Assembly: GCA_010093745.1 (NCBI GenBank)
Contig: MU006029.1
Coordinates: forward strand, 1-58,931
Direction of reading: 5' to 3'
Source of the DNA: Piedraia hortae CBS 480.64
Taxonomy: Eukaryota
Length of the DNA: 58,931 bases
Shown here: positions 1-12,141 of the stretch, piece by piece
Position numbering within the stretch: the first letter of the stretch is position 1
Layout: every line of letters begins with the position of its first letter
Made by a program: the position numbers and the translations under genes
The notes under the pieces: generated by a model
What the model was told of the DNA's origin: nothing
The model's database searches: none
The model's input: only the letters and a program-made list of their open reading frames with translations

Positions 1-130
1 CTGCAACTGGTATTTTGACTTACATACATCTACATCTTTCCTGTCCCTGTTTCCGTCTATCGCTCCGCCCTCTTCGGGTCGCTGTGCACTCTCACCCACG
101 AGAGCTAAATACCTACACAAATTGCAAAAC

Positions 131-3100
131 ATGCGAATAGTGCGGGGGGGAACCACGGCAAAAGCAGAAATGGTTGTGGCTGGTCTTCATCGTCTCAGGA
201 ACACAGATGCTGCACTTGCGAGTTCAAAAGCGTTACCTCTAGGGTTAATTTGGGGGTCCATCAATGTGCTTGTTGTGGTAAGTTGTGGACTTGGATAGGA
301 TGAGATTTAAGGCAATCTAAGCAGTGATCCATAGCCAGCAGTCGAGCGCAAAGCCAGGCGAGGCTCCGTCATTGATGCTCCCGATACCGTCACGTACATT
401 TGCTGCCTGTTGACCATGTATCATGATTGGTTTTGCAAGCTCCCCTCCGTCGAAGCGGCTGAGAGGCTGGCAGATGATCTGGTCGACCTCTTCGCTCAAT
501 TTTACCGCATCATGGCTAATGCAATGCTATCGCAATCAGATGATGCCTGGAAAAGATTATGCAATACAGTGAAGAACGAGCATAACCTCAAGAGCATGCT
601 ACAGCGCTGTAGGAATCTGCACATAGGGTGCGAGATAGCATAGCCATGTGCGATCGCGGAAGTCATGGTGGCTAGGGGGAGGGTCTGGATGGTCAATTAG
701 TCCAGTTGGAGACGGAGCTCAGGGGGGATGTTTTGCAAGTGGCAATTTAAGTAGAGTCGGCCAACTTGAGATTGAAGCTGAAGGATCTTAAGGAGGCAAA
801 GGGAGCTGTATACGATTTGCAGTATTCGTTTTGCTGTGGAGGGACGCGAGTGGCACTCTTGCGGGAACTCATCTTTTGGGCCAAGAACCAGCCCCAAGGA
901 AGAAGGACTCTGTGGTTGAAAGGATAGGCTGGGACTGGCAAAACAACACTGGCTCGCACAATTGCCAGAAGTATGGACTCTGGTGGTTGGTTCTTGGTTG
1001 CAAGTTTCTTCTTTAACCGCGGAGTTGGTGACTTGGGCAAGCTCTCGTTATTGATCCCACCATTGCCAAACAACTGACGAGTGAGGTACGTAGTGTTGCT
1101 GAGGCCATAGCGGCTATTCTTGAGAAGGACTCAAAAGCCGCTGAGAAGCATTTAGGCAGTTAGTTTGAGAAGCCTCTGAAAAAGTCTCTTGAGGATGCCT
1201 CAGACGAGGATTCAAAGACTGCACTGTTCTTCGCCATCGACTCTTTGGACGAGTGCGATAATAACGACAACACTAAGACCTTCCTGTACCATCTTGCAAA
1301 GCTAGTTGAATACCCTCGATCAAGCTGCGAGTGATTGTTACAAGCCGGCCGGATTACGTAAAGATGTTCGGATTTTATATTGAAGATTGCTACATTCATA
1401 AAGTGTAAGGTGTAGAGCAGGAGTCGACAACCGCGGGTGACATCCACATTACCTTTCAGGAAACTTTCCGGGAAATTCGTGAACGGGACAGCATGGACGA
1501 TAGTTGGCCGAGGCAAACTGTTATTGACGTTGGTGTCAAACTCTCAGCCACTCTTCATTGCAGCAGCAACTGCTTGCCAAATGCTAAAGCAAGGCGACCC
1601 AGAGCTGCAGCTTGAAGACCTGTTGGAAATGGATTTCGATATATCCTTCGAAAATAGCATAGGATCAATGTATCTTTCAATGCTGAAGCAAACAGAACGG
1701 TATGCCGGAGGTGCCCAAGGGCCTACCTGAGCAAAATCATTCAAGGAAATCGTCAGGCCCCTTATCGTTCTGCGCAATGCTCTTTCAGTCAGTGCATTGG
1801 CCGAACTGCTGCATTGCCCAGCAAAGAAGGTCAACCAGATTCACAATACTCTACAGCCGGTAACCCACGTGCCGGCCAAAGATTCGGAACCGATTACCAC
1901 TTACCATCTCTCCTTCGGCGATTTCATGATCAACCTCAACGGCGAGCACGAAGCCAAGTTTGGAATTGATGTAAAAGTGCAAATTGTGTGTTCTACGGGA
2001 AATTTCTGGAGTTGTTCGAAGCAGTCTACCAGAGACGTGGCATGGGTGATCCAACCAATGTGCTGGAAGGAGGCATGTACGGAACGACGTGTCCTGGGGT
2101 TTATGTCGGCGGAAGACAGGTTGGAGATCATATCTCACAGGCCGAAAGATATGCTGCCCGCTACTGGATCTAGTCACCTGACCGAAAGTGACCTAGACTG
2201 GGCCGGCTTTAAACGAGCTGATGACTTCTTCAAAGAAGCACTTCCTGCAATGGATCGAGATGGTGTCTCAGCTTGGTAGAGTAGATAAAGCGTTTGTCAG
2301 CATCAAGAGTCTACGAGCGGCGTTCGAAATGAGTCAACGTGAACAGGAGATGGCTAAGGTTATCGAGACCGAGGCCTTTAACGATTGCCTCAACGGCGCA
2401 CTTTGTTGAATGCTGCGCTTCTGGGACATCATAGCTCAGATGCCCCTCCAGACTTACGTTGCAGCATTGGAGTATGCACCACCCAAGAGCATCGTTAAAA
2501 CTCGGTTCAAACGTGTGGTTGACAAATGTCTAGAAGTCATTTCACAGATGCAGACCATTGGGATGCGGAACTTCAAACTTTCCACTATCCCGAATTGTTT
2601 TCAGATATCGCTGTGTCTCCCGACGGAACAACTATAGTGGCCAAGATCAACAGCCAAAACGTTCTAATCTGGAACACGAAGATAAAAACGCACAAATTTC
2701 TGGCCGCTGCTCTCAAACTCCGTACTAACTAATTTACGTGCAATTCCTACCTAATGACGAAGAACTGATCAGGGCTAGTCCATCCGGTGTTGATGTTTGC
2801 AATGTTAAGACTCTCACAGTTAGACCACTGTTTTAGAATTAAGATGACGGTGAATATGGACGTTTATTCAAGTGTCTTGTTGTCTCGCCAAATTTGCAAA
2901 CCATCGCTATATTTGACGATCGCAAGGATACTTTTCTATTGTACGACGTGGCATCTAAGGCAAAGACAATTTGTATGAGCCGCAAGAAAAATTCTCCGTA
3001 CCGCCCCAAATTCTCCCTAGATAGTGAGGCTATTGCGGTTTCGTTGGATTATGGATTCGTGAGCCTGTGGCTTTCAAGTTCGGGGACTGAGGAGGCACGT

Positions 3101-4269
3101 TTGACTGGACACTTGGGCCCAGTCAAAGCCTCATCGTTCGCGGAAAACGGGCAACTCTTGTTACCGGTGCCCTTGGATGGAACAGTGTGTATTTGGGACA
3201 TACCAACAGAGTCATTCAAACGACAACTGGAATTCAGCTCTTCAAACTATATGCGGCTTTCCTTCTCGCCCGGAGCGAAGACTTTGGTTGGGCTGTCCAA
3301 GGACTGGGAAGTTTTTATTTTGGCCCTTGATACGAGATAAGAGGAAATTCTACGCGAGGTCGAGGTGGTTTTAAACTCACAGATCCGGTCAGTGCCATAT
3401 AGTGTCAAAGCGGTCACAACCTTGGATTCATTGCTTCAAATCTGGAACACTAAAGGTAGCAATGCACAAACAGGTTGTTTCAGAAGACGGCTTCGTTGCC
3501 GATTTAGTGCTTCTTCCTGATGAATACAGGTTGGCACTTGCAACAAGAGAAGATCCATTGCAGTGATGGGACATGAGAAAAATAAAGGTTTCTTCGATTT
3601 ACATGGATCGCGCTGATAGTTTTGAAACTGTCATCTCACAAGATGACAAATATTCGCTACAGCGTCATCAGAAGGCCTCGTGCAGCTTTGGGATGCGGAG
3701 ACGGAAAAACCATCGACGAGGAGTTCAATGGTAATAAATGGATTACTGTTGCTTGGCTTCCCGCAAGATGACGCAAGACACCTTTGCATAAAGTCTGATA
3801 AAAAAAAATGGGTCTGTGGGATTCACAAACAGAGTAATTGCGAACCGTTGACTGTGGAAAGGGGTTTGACCAAGCGGGTCCCATGACAATCTCGCCCGAC
3901 GAGAAGGCGGCCATGCTGTCGGTAACGGGTGGAATAATGGCGCTCTATGATACAAGAACGGGGAAGTGTATGTTCGAGTGTGAACGATTGGTCTGTGTAG
4001 CGAACGCTTCGGACACGATTCGTGCCAGTACAAAGATTTAACATATGCCTTCTCCCCAAACGGCCAGATCGTGGCCATTGCATCGTTCAATTATGCATTC
4101 AAGCACTGCGCTGTTAGAGTTTTTAACGCGAAATGTGGCCAACTGCAGTACGCCCATTGTGAGAACATTGAAAATCAAAGGGTTGTACTTTTCCCCAGAT
4201 GGCCTTGTTACAGTGCCAGCCTATTGGGCCGGATATAGTGTGGAGTCACTTGAGCGATTTCTTACGTGA
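131..4269 (+). pseudogene. Decayed NACHT-WD40 (HET-E-like fungal NLR) pseudogene; boundaries approximate
   Basis: Hand translation of 901-1079 gives RRTLWLKG*AGTGKTTLARTIAR...VASFFFNRG...LIPTIAKQL, a Walker A with a TAG at 925-927. It is followed by FAIDSLDECD (Walker B), SQPLFIAAATAC, YHLSFGDFM, PLQTYVAALEYAPPKSIVK and WD40 fragments (LTGHLGPVK...DGTVCIWD) in changing frames with many stops. The order is collinear with the intact gene at 45352-49999. Confidence 0.9.
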
Positions 4270-4535
4270 GGGATTGCATGTCGTAGACCTCACACAATAG
4301 CGTTGGAGAAGCGTGTGCATGCCAAGACAGATGTCCTAATAGTAATCATCTTGCCTTCTCCACCTTTTGGCCTTTAGGCAGAGAAGATTATTTACCACCT
4401 CGACGCGTAAGTCATCTGATCAGAAAAGTATATCCCCAACCCACCCATCAAAGCCCACTACTACAAGCCCTCTCACCCACTCGAACCCCGCATCCCCAAC
4501 ACTCTTAACCGCAGCAACCTCTTAATAGTTTCCAT

Positions 4536-6260
4536 CTATCTCCCCACATCCCAAATCTCATCCCACCCCTCCCCCTTCACCCTCAACGGCTCCTCCAAAA
4601 CTCCCATCCTGGGCTCCTTCCCCGTCCCCGGCTCCGGCAGGGTAATCCACTCCTTCACACAATCGGGCACGTCCTCTTTTGAATGACTGATAACCACGAG
4701 TGCCTGGTGGGGAGTGAGTCCTCGAAACTCCACATTCGCGAAGCGGGTGTCATTGTCTTCCCGGGTGAAGCCATGAGAGAGGAACAGCATCGCAGCATCC
4801 CTCACGCGTGCATCAATGCCCGAGAGCGCCTCGTCAAGGATGACCAGATCAGGGGAGTGGATAACCGCTCGAAGAAAGAGGAGCAGCCTTTGACTCGAAA
4901 AGCTCAGTTCCCCGAAGGGAGTCTCCCTCGCCCAAGCAATATCAGCGGGTTGGGTGGCATCAACGCCGCCCTCAGGATCCAGCGCCCACGCAAAATACCT
5001 CAGCACCGCATCAACGCGTCTTGTTTGCTCCTCATCAAGAACCGGCCTCGAAAGCGGCGCATCCCCCCACGCCGACTCCAACGCCCTCCTCACGTGCAAA
5101 TGCTTCGGAAAGAACGCATGTACTTCGGGGCTGGAATGCCCAATTCTTCTCTGCAGATCGAAAACACTTATCCCCCTTTCTCCTTGAGCGGGGAGCCGTG
5201 ACCGGCCGAAGACTTTTATGGGTAAGCTGTAAGTTTGGGGGTGGTCGGATGTTATCAGGCTGAGGAGGGTTGTTTTCCCGCTTCCGTTGGGGCCGAAGAT
5301 GCCGTACCGTTGGCCGCGGTGGAGGGTCCACCATAGCCCGTTGCCCCAGGCGCCGAGGACGGTGTTGGTGCCGTAGGAAACTTTCACGCCGCGCATTTCG
5401 ACAAGGGGTTCACCGAGAGGGGGGGCTGGGAGAGTGGGTTTGGGGGGTTGGGTGGGTGCGGGTTGGGTGGGTGTGGTTTTCGAGATGATGCCTTTCTTGC
5501 CGAGTGAGACGATGCGTAAGCCGTCGTTGACGAGCACAACATGGGTTACCCATTCGGGGATTTTGTCTTCTGGTCGTAGGCTCATGACTAGCCTAGGAGT
5601 TTGTTGCTCAGAGACCTGCTTGAGGACGGATGACATTTTCAAGGACGTGTTCGGATCAAGACCCATGAATGGGCCGTCTAGTAAGAGAGCCTCCGGGCGA
5701 TCTAGGAGAGATCTTGCAATTCTCGAGCGTCTTGTCTGGCCATTGCTGAGATTCGAAAAGGGCATTTGAAGTAAGTTCTCAAGATTAAGCAGTTTTACGA
5801 CTTTATCGAGGAGTTCCAGGCTCTCGTCTGATACTGGTCGATCAAGAGGATTGAGCTCTGTATGGCCCAAGAGGTAGTCGAGTACGGAGAAATCAGTTTC
5901 TTCTCGTCTACTTTCGTAGCGAGCACTTAGATATGCTCCACGGACGCTGTTGCCGCCTCGATCGGTGTCGAAGCCAACGTAACGGATTGCTTGTGGCAGG
6001 GACTTTGTAACGGAGGGATACGTCCTCGCCCGTGGAGGTGAACAGACATAGTGCCCGGCCAGTACGCGGAGAAAGGTCGTTCGGGCTACCGAGGATGGTG
6101 ATATGACGGACCAACAATCCGAATTTCTTGAGAGGGTGAAATTCAATCCCGGGAATATGGCTTCAGAAGTGTCTGCGGATTGTCTGTAGAAAGTTGCGTT
6201 GGAGATCTGGATGATTGGTTGTTGAAGAGTTTGATATGTTCTGGTCCAGGATCTTGACAT
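4536..6260 (-). CDS. Soluble ABC-family ATPase with two NBDs and no TMD (YDR061W/ModF-like)
   Basis: 574-aa ORF with LSNGQ signature and LLLDGP in NBD1 (Walker A degenerate), and GPNGSGKT, LSFSSQ and VILDE in NBD2. No membrane segments. Arg/Ser/Thr-rich N-terminus could be a mitochondrial presequence. Confidence 0.85.
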   Translation of the reverse strand: MSRSWTRTYQTLQQPIIQISNATFYRQSADTSEAIFPGLNFTLSRNSDCWSVISPSSVARTTFLRVLAGHYVCSPPRARTYPSVTKSLPQAIRYVGFDTDRGGNSVRGAYLSARYESRREETDFSVLDYLLGHTELNPLDRPVSDESLELLDKVVKLLNLENLLQMPFSNLSNGQTRRSRIARSLLDRPEALLLDGPFMGLDPNTSLKMSSVLKQVSEQQTPRLVMSLRPEDKIPEWVTHVVLVNDGLRIVSLGKKGIISKTTPTQPAPTQPPKPTLPAPPLGEPLVEMRGVKVSYGTNTVLGAWGNGLWWTLHRGQRYGIFGPNGSGKTTLLSLITSDHPQTYSLPIKVFGRSRLPAQGERGISVFDLQRRIGHSSPEVHAFFPKHLHVRRALESAWGDAPLSRPVLDEEQTRRVDAVLRYFAWALDPEGGVDATQPADIAWARETPFGELSFSSQRLLLFLRAVIHSPDLVILDEALSGIDARVRDAAMLFLSHGFTREDNDTRFANVEFRGLTPHQALVVISHSKEDVPDCVKEWITLPEPGTGKEPRMGVLEEPLRVKGEGWDEIWDVGR

Positions 6261-6371
6261 TCTCCGAGACTAATCCTCCATCAACATTTGGATCAACGTC
6301 TAGATAGGTAACTAGGGTTCGGTTTATGTTAGGTGACCCGACCTCGGCAGGAATCAAGACAACCATCAACA

Positions 6372-6689
6372 ATGCTGCCGTCGCAATCAAAAAGGCCCAA
6401 TGTATGGATATCTTCCTCATGGATGTGTCTCTTACTCAGAGATATTACATAGGCTCAACAAATAACCCCTTCAAATCCCCTGTTCCAACAACAAATTCGA
6501 CCGACGAGCAGCAGCAGCAGCAGCAGCAACTCGTTCAATCCAGCCATGGTTCATCCCGTTTTCTTTGCAGAATCATGGAGTAAGAGTCCTGTGTTGATGC
6601 ATAGCAACCAGAAGTTGCTGGGAGGTCTGAGTCCCGTGGCAATGGGCTACACGTTTGGCAATGCGAGGTTATATCCTACAAAGTTGTGA
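6372..6689 (+). CDS. Small two-exon hypothetical protein (88 aa), not in the ORF track
   Basis: Exon 6372-6401, GTATGG...CATAG intron 6402-6452, exon 6453-6689 in frame. Product: MLPSQSKRPN|AQQITPSNPLFQQQIRPTSSSSSSSNSFNPAMVHPVFFAESW...GYTFGNARLYPTKL*. Confidence 0.6.
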
Positions 6690-6843
6690 ATAAGCCGTGG
6701 ATAAGGTATCTAATGACTACGAAAGCCATGGTGTATGATAATCGCAGCGTTTGTGCATGTGATTGCTACCGTTATTGTTCCTTTCGTTCGCGGACGGCGG
6801 AGGATGGCCAACGTCACTCCGCCCCAACGTAGTCGGGAAGAAG

Positions 6844-8664
6844 ATGGTTCAGCCATCGCAGGATGAAACCACGTTCGTTTCCTTCCCCAAGGCCGAGTTT
6901 GCCGACTCACCAGAGTCGCAGCGGCAAGGGGGACAGTTGAATCTGCTCTTGGACCGGTCTGAGCCGTCCATGTTTGACGAGACCAACGTGGACGCAGTAA
7001 ATGATCCCCAGACGCTCTCTACAGCCTCTGCTGAAGTGATCCAACACGTCGTAGACCACCATGGCGTTGTCAGCCTCATCAGACGTCTGGCCGCGCTGTT
7101 GGCTGAGCGAGATGCCCATGTCACGGCCCTGACTCGGCTGGCAGAAGACCATGGTGTACCCAGGTCTCGCATCGCAGAGACTTCTAGCCGGGTCCGTCAA
7201 GCAGAACAGCGACGTCTGGCGTTGCAGACGGCCATGAACGACGACGCACCAGCGACGCCGCTGGACGAGAATGTACGTCAAACAACCCACCCACCAAACA
7301 AGATACTCACCTCCCAGCCCGAAAAAGCAGTAGAAGACACCACATCAGGCGGCACGGTAAGAGGCCTAACGCGTCTCTTCGGCGGAACTCTCAAAGCCCG
7401 ACGAGCAACGCTCAAAGAAAGCGCAGTAACAGTCGAAACACCACCATCAACCTACATAACCTCCTCCGCCGCATCCTCCCACTCCTCCCTCGCAGCCGAA
7501 CCAGTCAACATCGAACCCACCGATACCCGCAGTCTCCACAGCGTCCAAAGCGCCGACAGCGGCGGCGTGAGCAGCTGGTTTGCACGACGCCAATCCCAAC
7601 CCACCAAACTTCCAGTCGAACTCCAACTTCAAAGAGACAAACACCAACTCCCTCCAACCCTCTCGACCCTCTCCCCCTCCGAACCCGGCCCCCGTGCGCT
7701 AGCATGGAATCGCTTCCTAACCCAACTCAGCCGGGCGCGCGCCGCGCGGGGCTCAGACGACGAAGCGAGCGGTCTCGGCGCCATCGGGGCCGCACACTGG
7801 GGCGAAGAAGGCGAAGCCGGCAAAAAAAAACTCAAACGCCTCACCGAACTAGTCGTCTGCGGGATCCCCATTTCCCTCCGTCACGAAGTCTGGATGGAAT
7901 TAACCAATACCAACTCCCTAAAGGTACCCTCCCTCTACCAAACCCTCAGCACGCAAATCGTACCTGCCCACGAACTCGAAAGTATAGATAAAGATGTACA
8001 TCGCACGTTGACGAGCGTATACGGGTACTATAACCGGCAAGGCGCGAAGCGGCTTACAAAGGTACTCACTGCGTTCGTGGCAAAGTATGCGGATATGGGG
8101 TATACCCAGGGACTTAACACGATCGCGGGGTCGATTCTCTTTGCGGTTCCCGATGAAGAGGATGCGTTTTGGTTGCTTTGTTGTATGGTTGAAGAGTACT
8201 TTCCTCGGGGGTATTTTTCAAAGGTGCAGGCTATGAGGGGACCGTTGGCGGATGGAGTTGTGTTGAGGAGGTATATTGCCGAGTTGATACCCCATGTGGG
8301 AGCGCATTTGGATGAGTTGAGGGTTAGGGCGGAGAATACGCTCCCGTTGAGGTGGTTTTTTACTGCGTTTGCGGATGTGTTGTCGCAGGAGCTGGTGCTG
8401 AGGGTTTGGGATGTGTGGTTGTGTTTGCCGCAGCAGAGGAATTTTTTGTTTCAGGTTGCGTTGGCGATTGTGGTGGAGAACTCGGGGAGGATTTTGGCGT
8501 GTAGGTCTGAAGGGGAGTATCTGGGTTTGATTGAGGGGGGTGGTTTGGTGGCGAATGAGGATGCGTTGATTACAAGGGCGTCTCAGCTGAAGAAGAGGTT
8601 TGACGGGGTTGAGGGGAAGAGAAAGGAGGCTTTGGATAGTTTGGAGGGTTACTTTGTGAGTTGA
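6844..8664 (+). CDS. TBC-domain Rab GTPase-activating protein
   Basis: GIPISLRHEVW, IDKDVHRT (IxxDxxR arginine finger), GYTQGLN (glutamine finger), EEDAFWLL and VLRVWD. N-terminal coiled coil. First ATG at 6844. Confidence 0.92.
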   Translation: MVQPSQDETTFVSFPKAEFADSPESQRQGGQLNLLLDRSEPSMFDETNVDAVNDPQTLSTASAEVIQHVVDHHGVVSLIRRLAALLAERDAHVTALTRLAEDHGVPRSRIAETSSRVRQAEQRRLALQTAMNDDAPATPLDENVRQTTHPPNKILTSQPEKAVEDTTSGGTVRGLTRLFGGTLKARRATLKESAVTVETPPSTYITSSAASSHSSLAAEPVNIEPTDTRSLHSVQSADSGGVSSWFARRQSQPTKLPVELQLQRDKHQLPPTLSTLSPSEPGPRALAWNRFLTQLSRARAARGSDDEASGLGAIGAAHWGEEGEAGKKKLKRLTELVVCGIPISLRHEVWMELTNTNSLKVPSLYQTLSTQIVPAHELESIDKDVHRTLTSVYGYYNRQGAKRLTKVLTAFVAKYADMGYTQGLNTIAGSILFAVPDEEDAFWLLCCMVEEYFPRGYFSKVQAMRGPLADGVVLRRYIAELIPHVGAHLDELRVRAENTLPLRWFFTAFADVLSQELVLRVWDVWLCLPQQRNFLFQVALAIVVENSGRILACRSEGEYLGLIEGGGLVANEDALITRASQLKKRFDGVEGKRKEALDSLEGYFVS

Positions 8665-8718
8665 TACCCGATACGATTACTTTGTGAGATGATATACCCG
8701 AAAACGATTACTTGATCT

Positions 8719-8752
8719 CACACACACACACACACACACTCTCTCTCTCTCT
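8719..8752. repeat. Compound (CA)n(CT)n microsatellite between convergent genes
   Basis: cacacacacacacacacacactctctctctctct read directly from the sequence. Confidence 0.9.
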
Positions 8753-8799
8753 CCCTATTTCTACTGTTTGGGGTTTTGGTTATTACGACTCTGACTCTT

Positions 8800-11700
8800 T
8801 TATATGGACATGGCAAACGCTGCAATCATCACCGCGCTCGAAGAGAGCAGGGACTTGATGACCTTGACGCCATGCGAGGTGGCAGATGAGACATGGGGCT
8901 GAGCTGATGGTGAAGGTGCTGCTGGAGAGGATGTCAGTCTGGGAACGTCACTTGTTCGTAAAGACTTACCAGTCTCCTGTGGCTGTTCAGGGTGCTCTTC
9001 CTCGGTGCCTTCTTCGGCCCCTTCTTTTGTACCCTCTTCATCTCCCTCCTCAGCACCCCCCTCTGTTCCCTTTTCAGCACCTTCCTCGGTGCCTGCTTCG
9101 GGCTGCTCCTCTGGACCTTCTGCAGGCGCTTCGGCCCCTTTTTCGGGAGATTCGGTAGGCGCGGGCTCGGGCGAAAGGGTTGTGGGCAGCGGAGCATCTG
9201 GCGCTGGCGTCGTCGACGGATGATAAGCTGTGGGCGTTGGTGTGCCCTCCACAGCGGCTTGAGACACCGGTGCTTCTGGGGCAGTGCCCTTGGATGTTTC
9301 AGATGCCGGTGTCTCAGGCTCGGGAGATTCTGACACTGGGGCTTCCGGAGTAGAGGCAGGATAACCCTTGGGCGCTTCGGCCGTTGGGCCCTCCTCCACG
9401 GGAGATTGTGACACCGGTGTCTCCGGAGTAGATGCAGCAGAGCCCTTGGGGGCCTCGGCTGGAGACTCGGCGGGAGTTGCAGGCGTCTCTGGAGTCGATG
9501 CTTGGGGATAGCCCTTGGGTGCTTCAGAGGTCGGGGTCTCAGCCTCGGGAGGCTGTGAGACAGGTGCTTCTGGAGCAGAACTCTTAGGTGCTTCAGATGC
9601 CGGGGTCTCAGCCTCAGGTGATTGAGATACCGGTGCCTCCGGGGCAGATGCAGGATATCCCTTGGGCGCTTCAGACGTCGGTGCCTCCTCCACAGGTGAT
9701 TGAGACACTGGTGCTTCCGGGGTAGACACAGTAGAGCCCTCGGGGGCTTCAGCTGAAGATACGGCCGGAGCTGCAGGCGTCTCGGGAGTGCTCTCTACTG
9801 GTGATTGAGGATATCCTTTGGGACCTTCAGACGCCGGTGTCCCTGCCTCGGGTGCCTGAGAAACTGGCGCTTCTGGAGTAGATGCAGGGTAGCCCTTGGG
9901 TGCTTCAGGTGTCGGTGCCTCCTCCACAGGTGATTGAGATACCGGTGCCTCCGGGGTAGATGCAGGGTAGCCCTTGGGCGCTTCAGACGCTGGCGCCTTT
10001 GCCTCAGGAGCTTGGGACGCTGGTGCTTCTGGAGTTGATGCAGTAGAGCCCTTGGGTGCCTCAGCTGAGGACGCAGCTGGAGCGGCAGGAGCCTCAGGAG
10101 TGCTCTCTACCGGTGCCTGGGGGTAGCTCTTAGGAGCTTCAGCTGAAGCTGCTGGTGCCTCAGGCGCTGGAGCTGGCACATTAGGATAGCTCTTAGGGCC
10201 TTCAGCCGGAGCTTCGGGTGCCTGAGGATAGCTCTTGGGGGTTTCGGGTGTGGCAGCAACAGGCGCTTCCGGCGCCGGTGCAGGGACCTGTGGATAGCTC
10301 TTAGGGCTCTCAGGGGTAGCAGCAACTGGTGCCTCTGGTGTGCTCGCCTTGGGTGCCTCAGGAGCTGGTGCAGGAGCCTGAGGATAGCTCTTGGGGCTTT
10401 CGGGGGTAGCAGCAACAGGTGCTTCAGGTGCCGGTGCAGGAGACTGAGGATAGTTCTTGGGAGCCTCGGGAGCAGCAGGGACTGGCGCTTCGGGGGTGCT
10501 CGCCTTTGGTGCTTCAGGAGCTGGAGCGGGCGCTTGGGGATAACCCTTCGGCCCTTCAGCAGGAGTCTCAGGCTTGGGGGCTACTGGAACTGGAACTGCA
10601 GGAATGCTATTATTTGGTGTCTCAGGCGCAGGAACGGATACCACGGATGAGCTCTTGGGGGCCTCTGGTGCCTGAGGATAGCTCTGTGGGAGTGGTGCTG
10701 AGGATTCCGGCTGAGGTGCAACTGGCACAGCTGCTGGGACCGAAGGATAGCTCTTAGGACTTTCCGGTGTAGCTGGAGCCGGGGCAGACGGTGGGCTCTC
10801 AGGACTCTCTGGAATCGGCTCATGAGTGGTATGATTAACTGGTGGGCTAGGTACTGATGGTGCCGCTGGCTGAGAGGCTTCACTGGAAGGCTGCGCCGGG
10901 GGTTCTGGCCTAGATCCAGATGGTGTTGATTTAACTTCGGCTGGCGAGGATGGCAAATCCACCGTGCTGTTGGCCGGTTCAGACTGAGGGGGCTGAGGAC
11001 TGAGAGTGAGCGTCTGCTTAAGGGTGGAAACAACAGTAGCCACAGACTCGCTGCACTTGGTCTTGGAGCACAACGTATGAGTCCTCGTTGTGCGAGTTGT
11101 GGTGGTCACAGTTGTTGTGCTGGGGACGCTGGTTGAGACGGAGGATGCAGCAGAGCTAGAGTTCACAGCTGGGCTAGGAGGTGCAGCTGAGCCAGATGGC
11201 GTCTCCAGGGGAGCAGTGTTATTCGGAATCGACTTGCTAGTGGTCGGAGTCTCGGTTGCCGCAGTGCTCGAGGCTGGCGAGGGACTGGCCTGAGACTGGG
11301 GGGATGCAGAAGACTCAAGCGTCGGAACTGAAGTAACCGGGCAGACGGTGGTACTGACAACCATCGTAGATGTTTCAAACCACACACGGGGCATGGAGCA
11401 CGACGGCTTCAGGTTCGGGCAAGACGTGATGGTTTTGATGCTTGTTGCCAGTATGGTCGACGTCGTCCATTCCTGTGGTTCTGTAGTAGCTGCGGATTCG
11501 TGGCTCTTTGAAACCGCAGATGACTTGTGGCTCTTGGGTGAAGTGCCGGATGGCTTGGCTGAGGACTTGTGAGGATGTGAGTGGGCCGAGCGAGATGATG
11601 AAGGTTTCCCAGAGGCACTAGTGGCCGGCAACGTTGAAGTGGTAAGTGTTGCAGGCACAGACGCTGTGGCACTGGCACTAGAGGTAACAACTGGTACTGT

Positions 11701-12141
11701 GGATGCCGGGATTGTGAATGTCTCGCAAGTTGACGAGGACACAACTGTGCTTGATGCTTTGGGGCATGACTGAAGCGTACTGGCGCAGTTAGAAACCGTC
11801 GAGTATTTCCAGTAAGTTGTGGTTATGTAGCTCGCAGGAATGGTAACATAGGCCGTCGTAACTCGGTCAGAGCACTCCGTGGTATCATCCGGAGTTGTAT
11901 CCTTGGGCTCGCCAGTGATCAGCGGGACAGGAGTTGTGATACTGCTGGATCCAGGTTCTGTGTAGCCCTTCAATGAGACTGAGGAGCAAGGGGTTGAGGA
12001 ATTGGTGTACATCCTGGGAAGGGCTAAAATATGCTGTTAGTTGCTCCCTCTGGATTCAATGCTGGACAAGACAGTACCATTGCCGCTATGGGCATTGATC
12101 AAGGTCAACAGCACAGCTGCTGGAAGAGCCTTGAGTTCCAT
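8800..12141 (-). CDS. Secreted, probably GPI-anchored Pro/Ala/Ser/Glu/Thr-rich repetitive cell-wall protein
   Basis: Exon 1 (12078-12141) encodes signal-peptide-like MELKALPAAVLLTLINAHSGN. GT-AG intron 12024-12077 with CTAAC joins it in frame to the 1070-aa ORF. The ORF has Cys-containing TTST...ITSCP motifs, a long PEAP/K[SG]YP repeat region and a hydrophobic C-terminal tail (VKVIKSLLSSSAVMIAAFAMSI). Confidence 0.85.

Noticed and set aside
6163..6420. 85-aa minus-strand ORF with a hydrophobic N-terminus
   Set aside because: Overlaps the ABC gene start in another frame and the spliced + strand gene. No supporting motifs.
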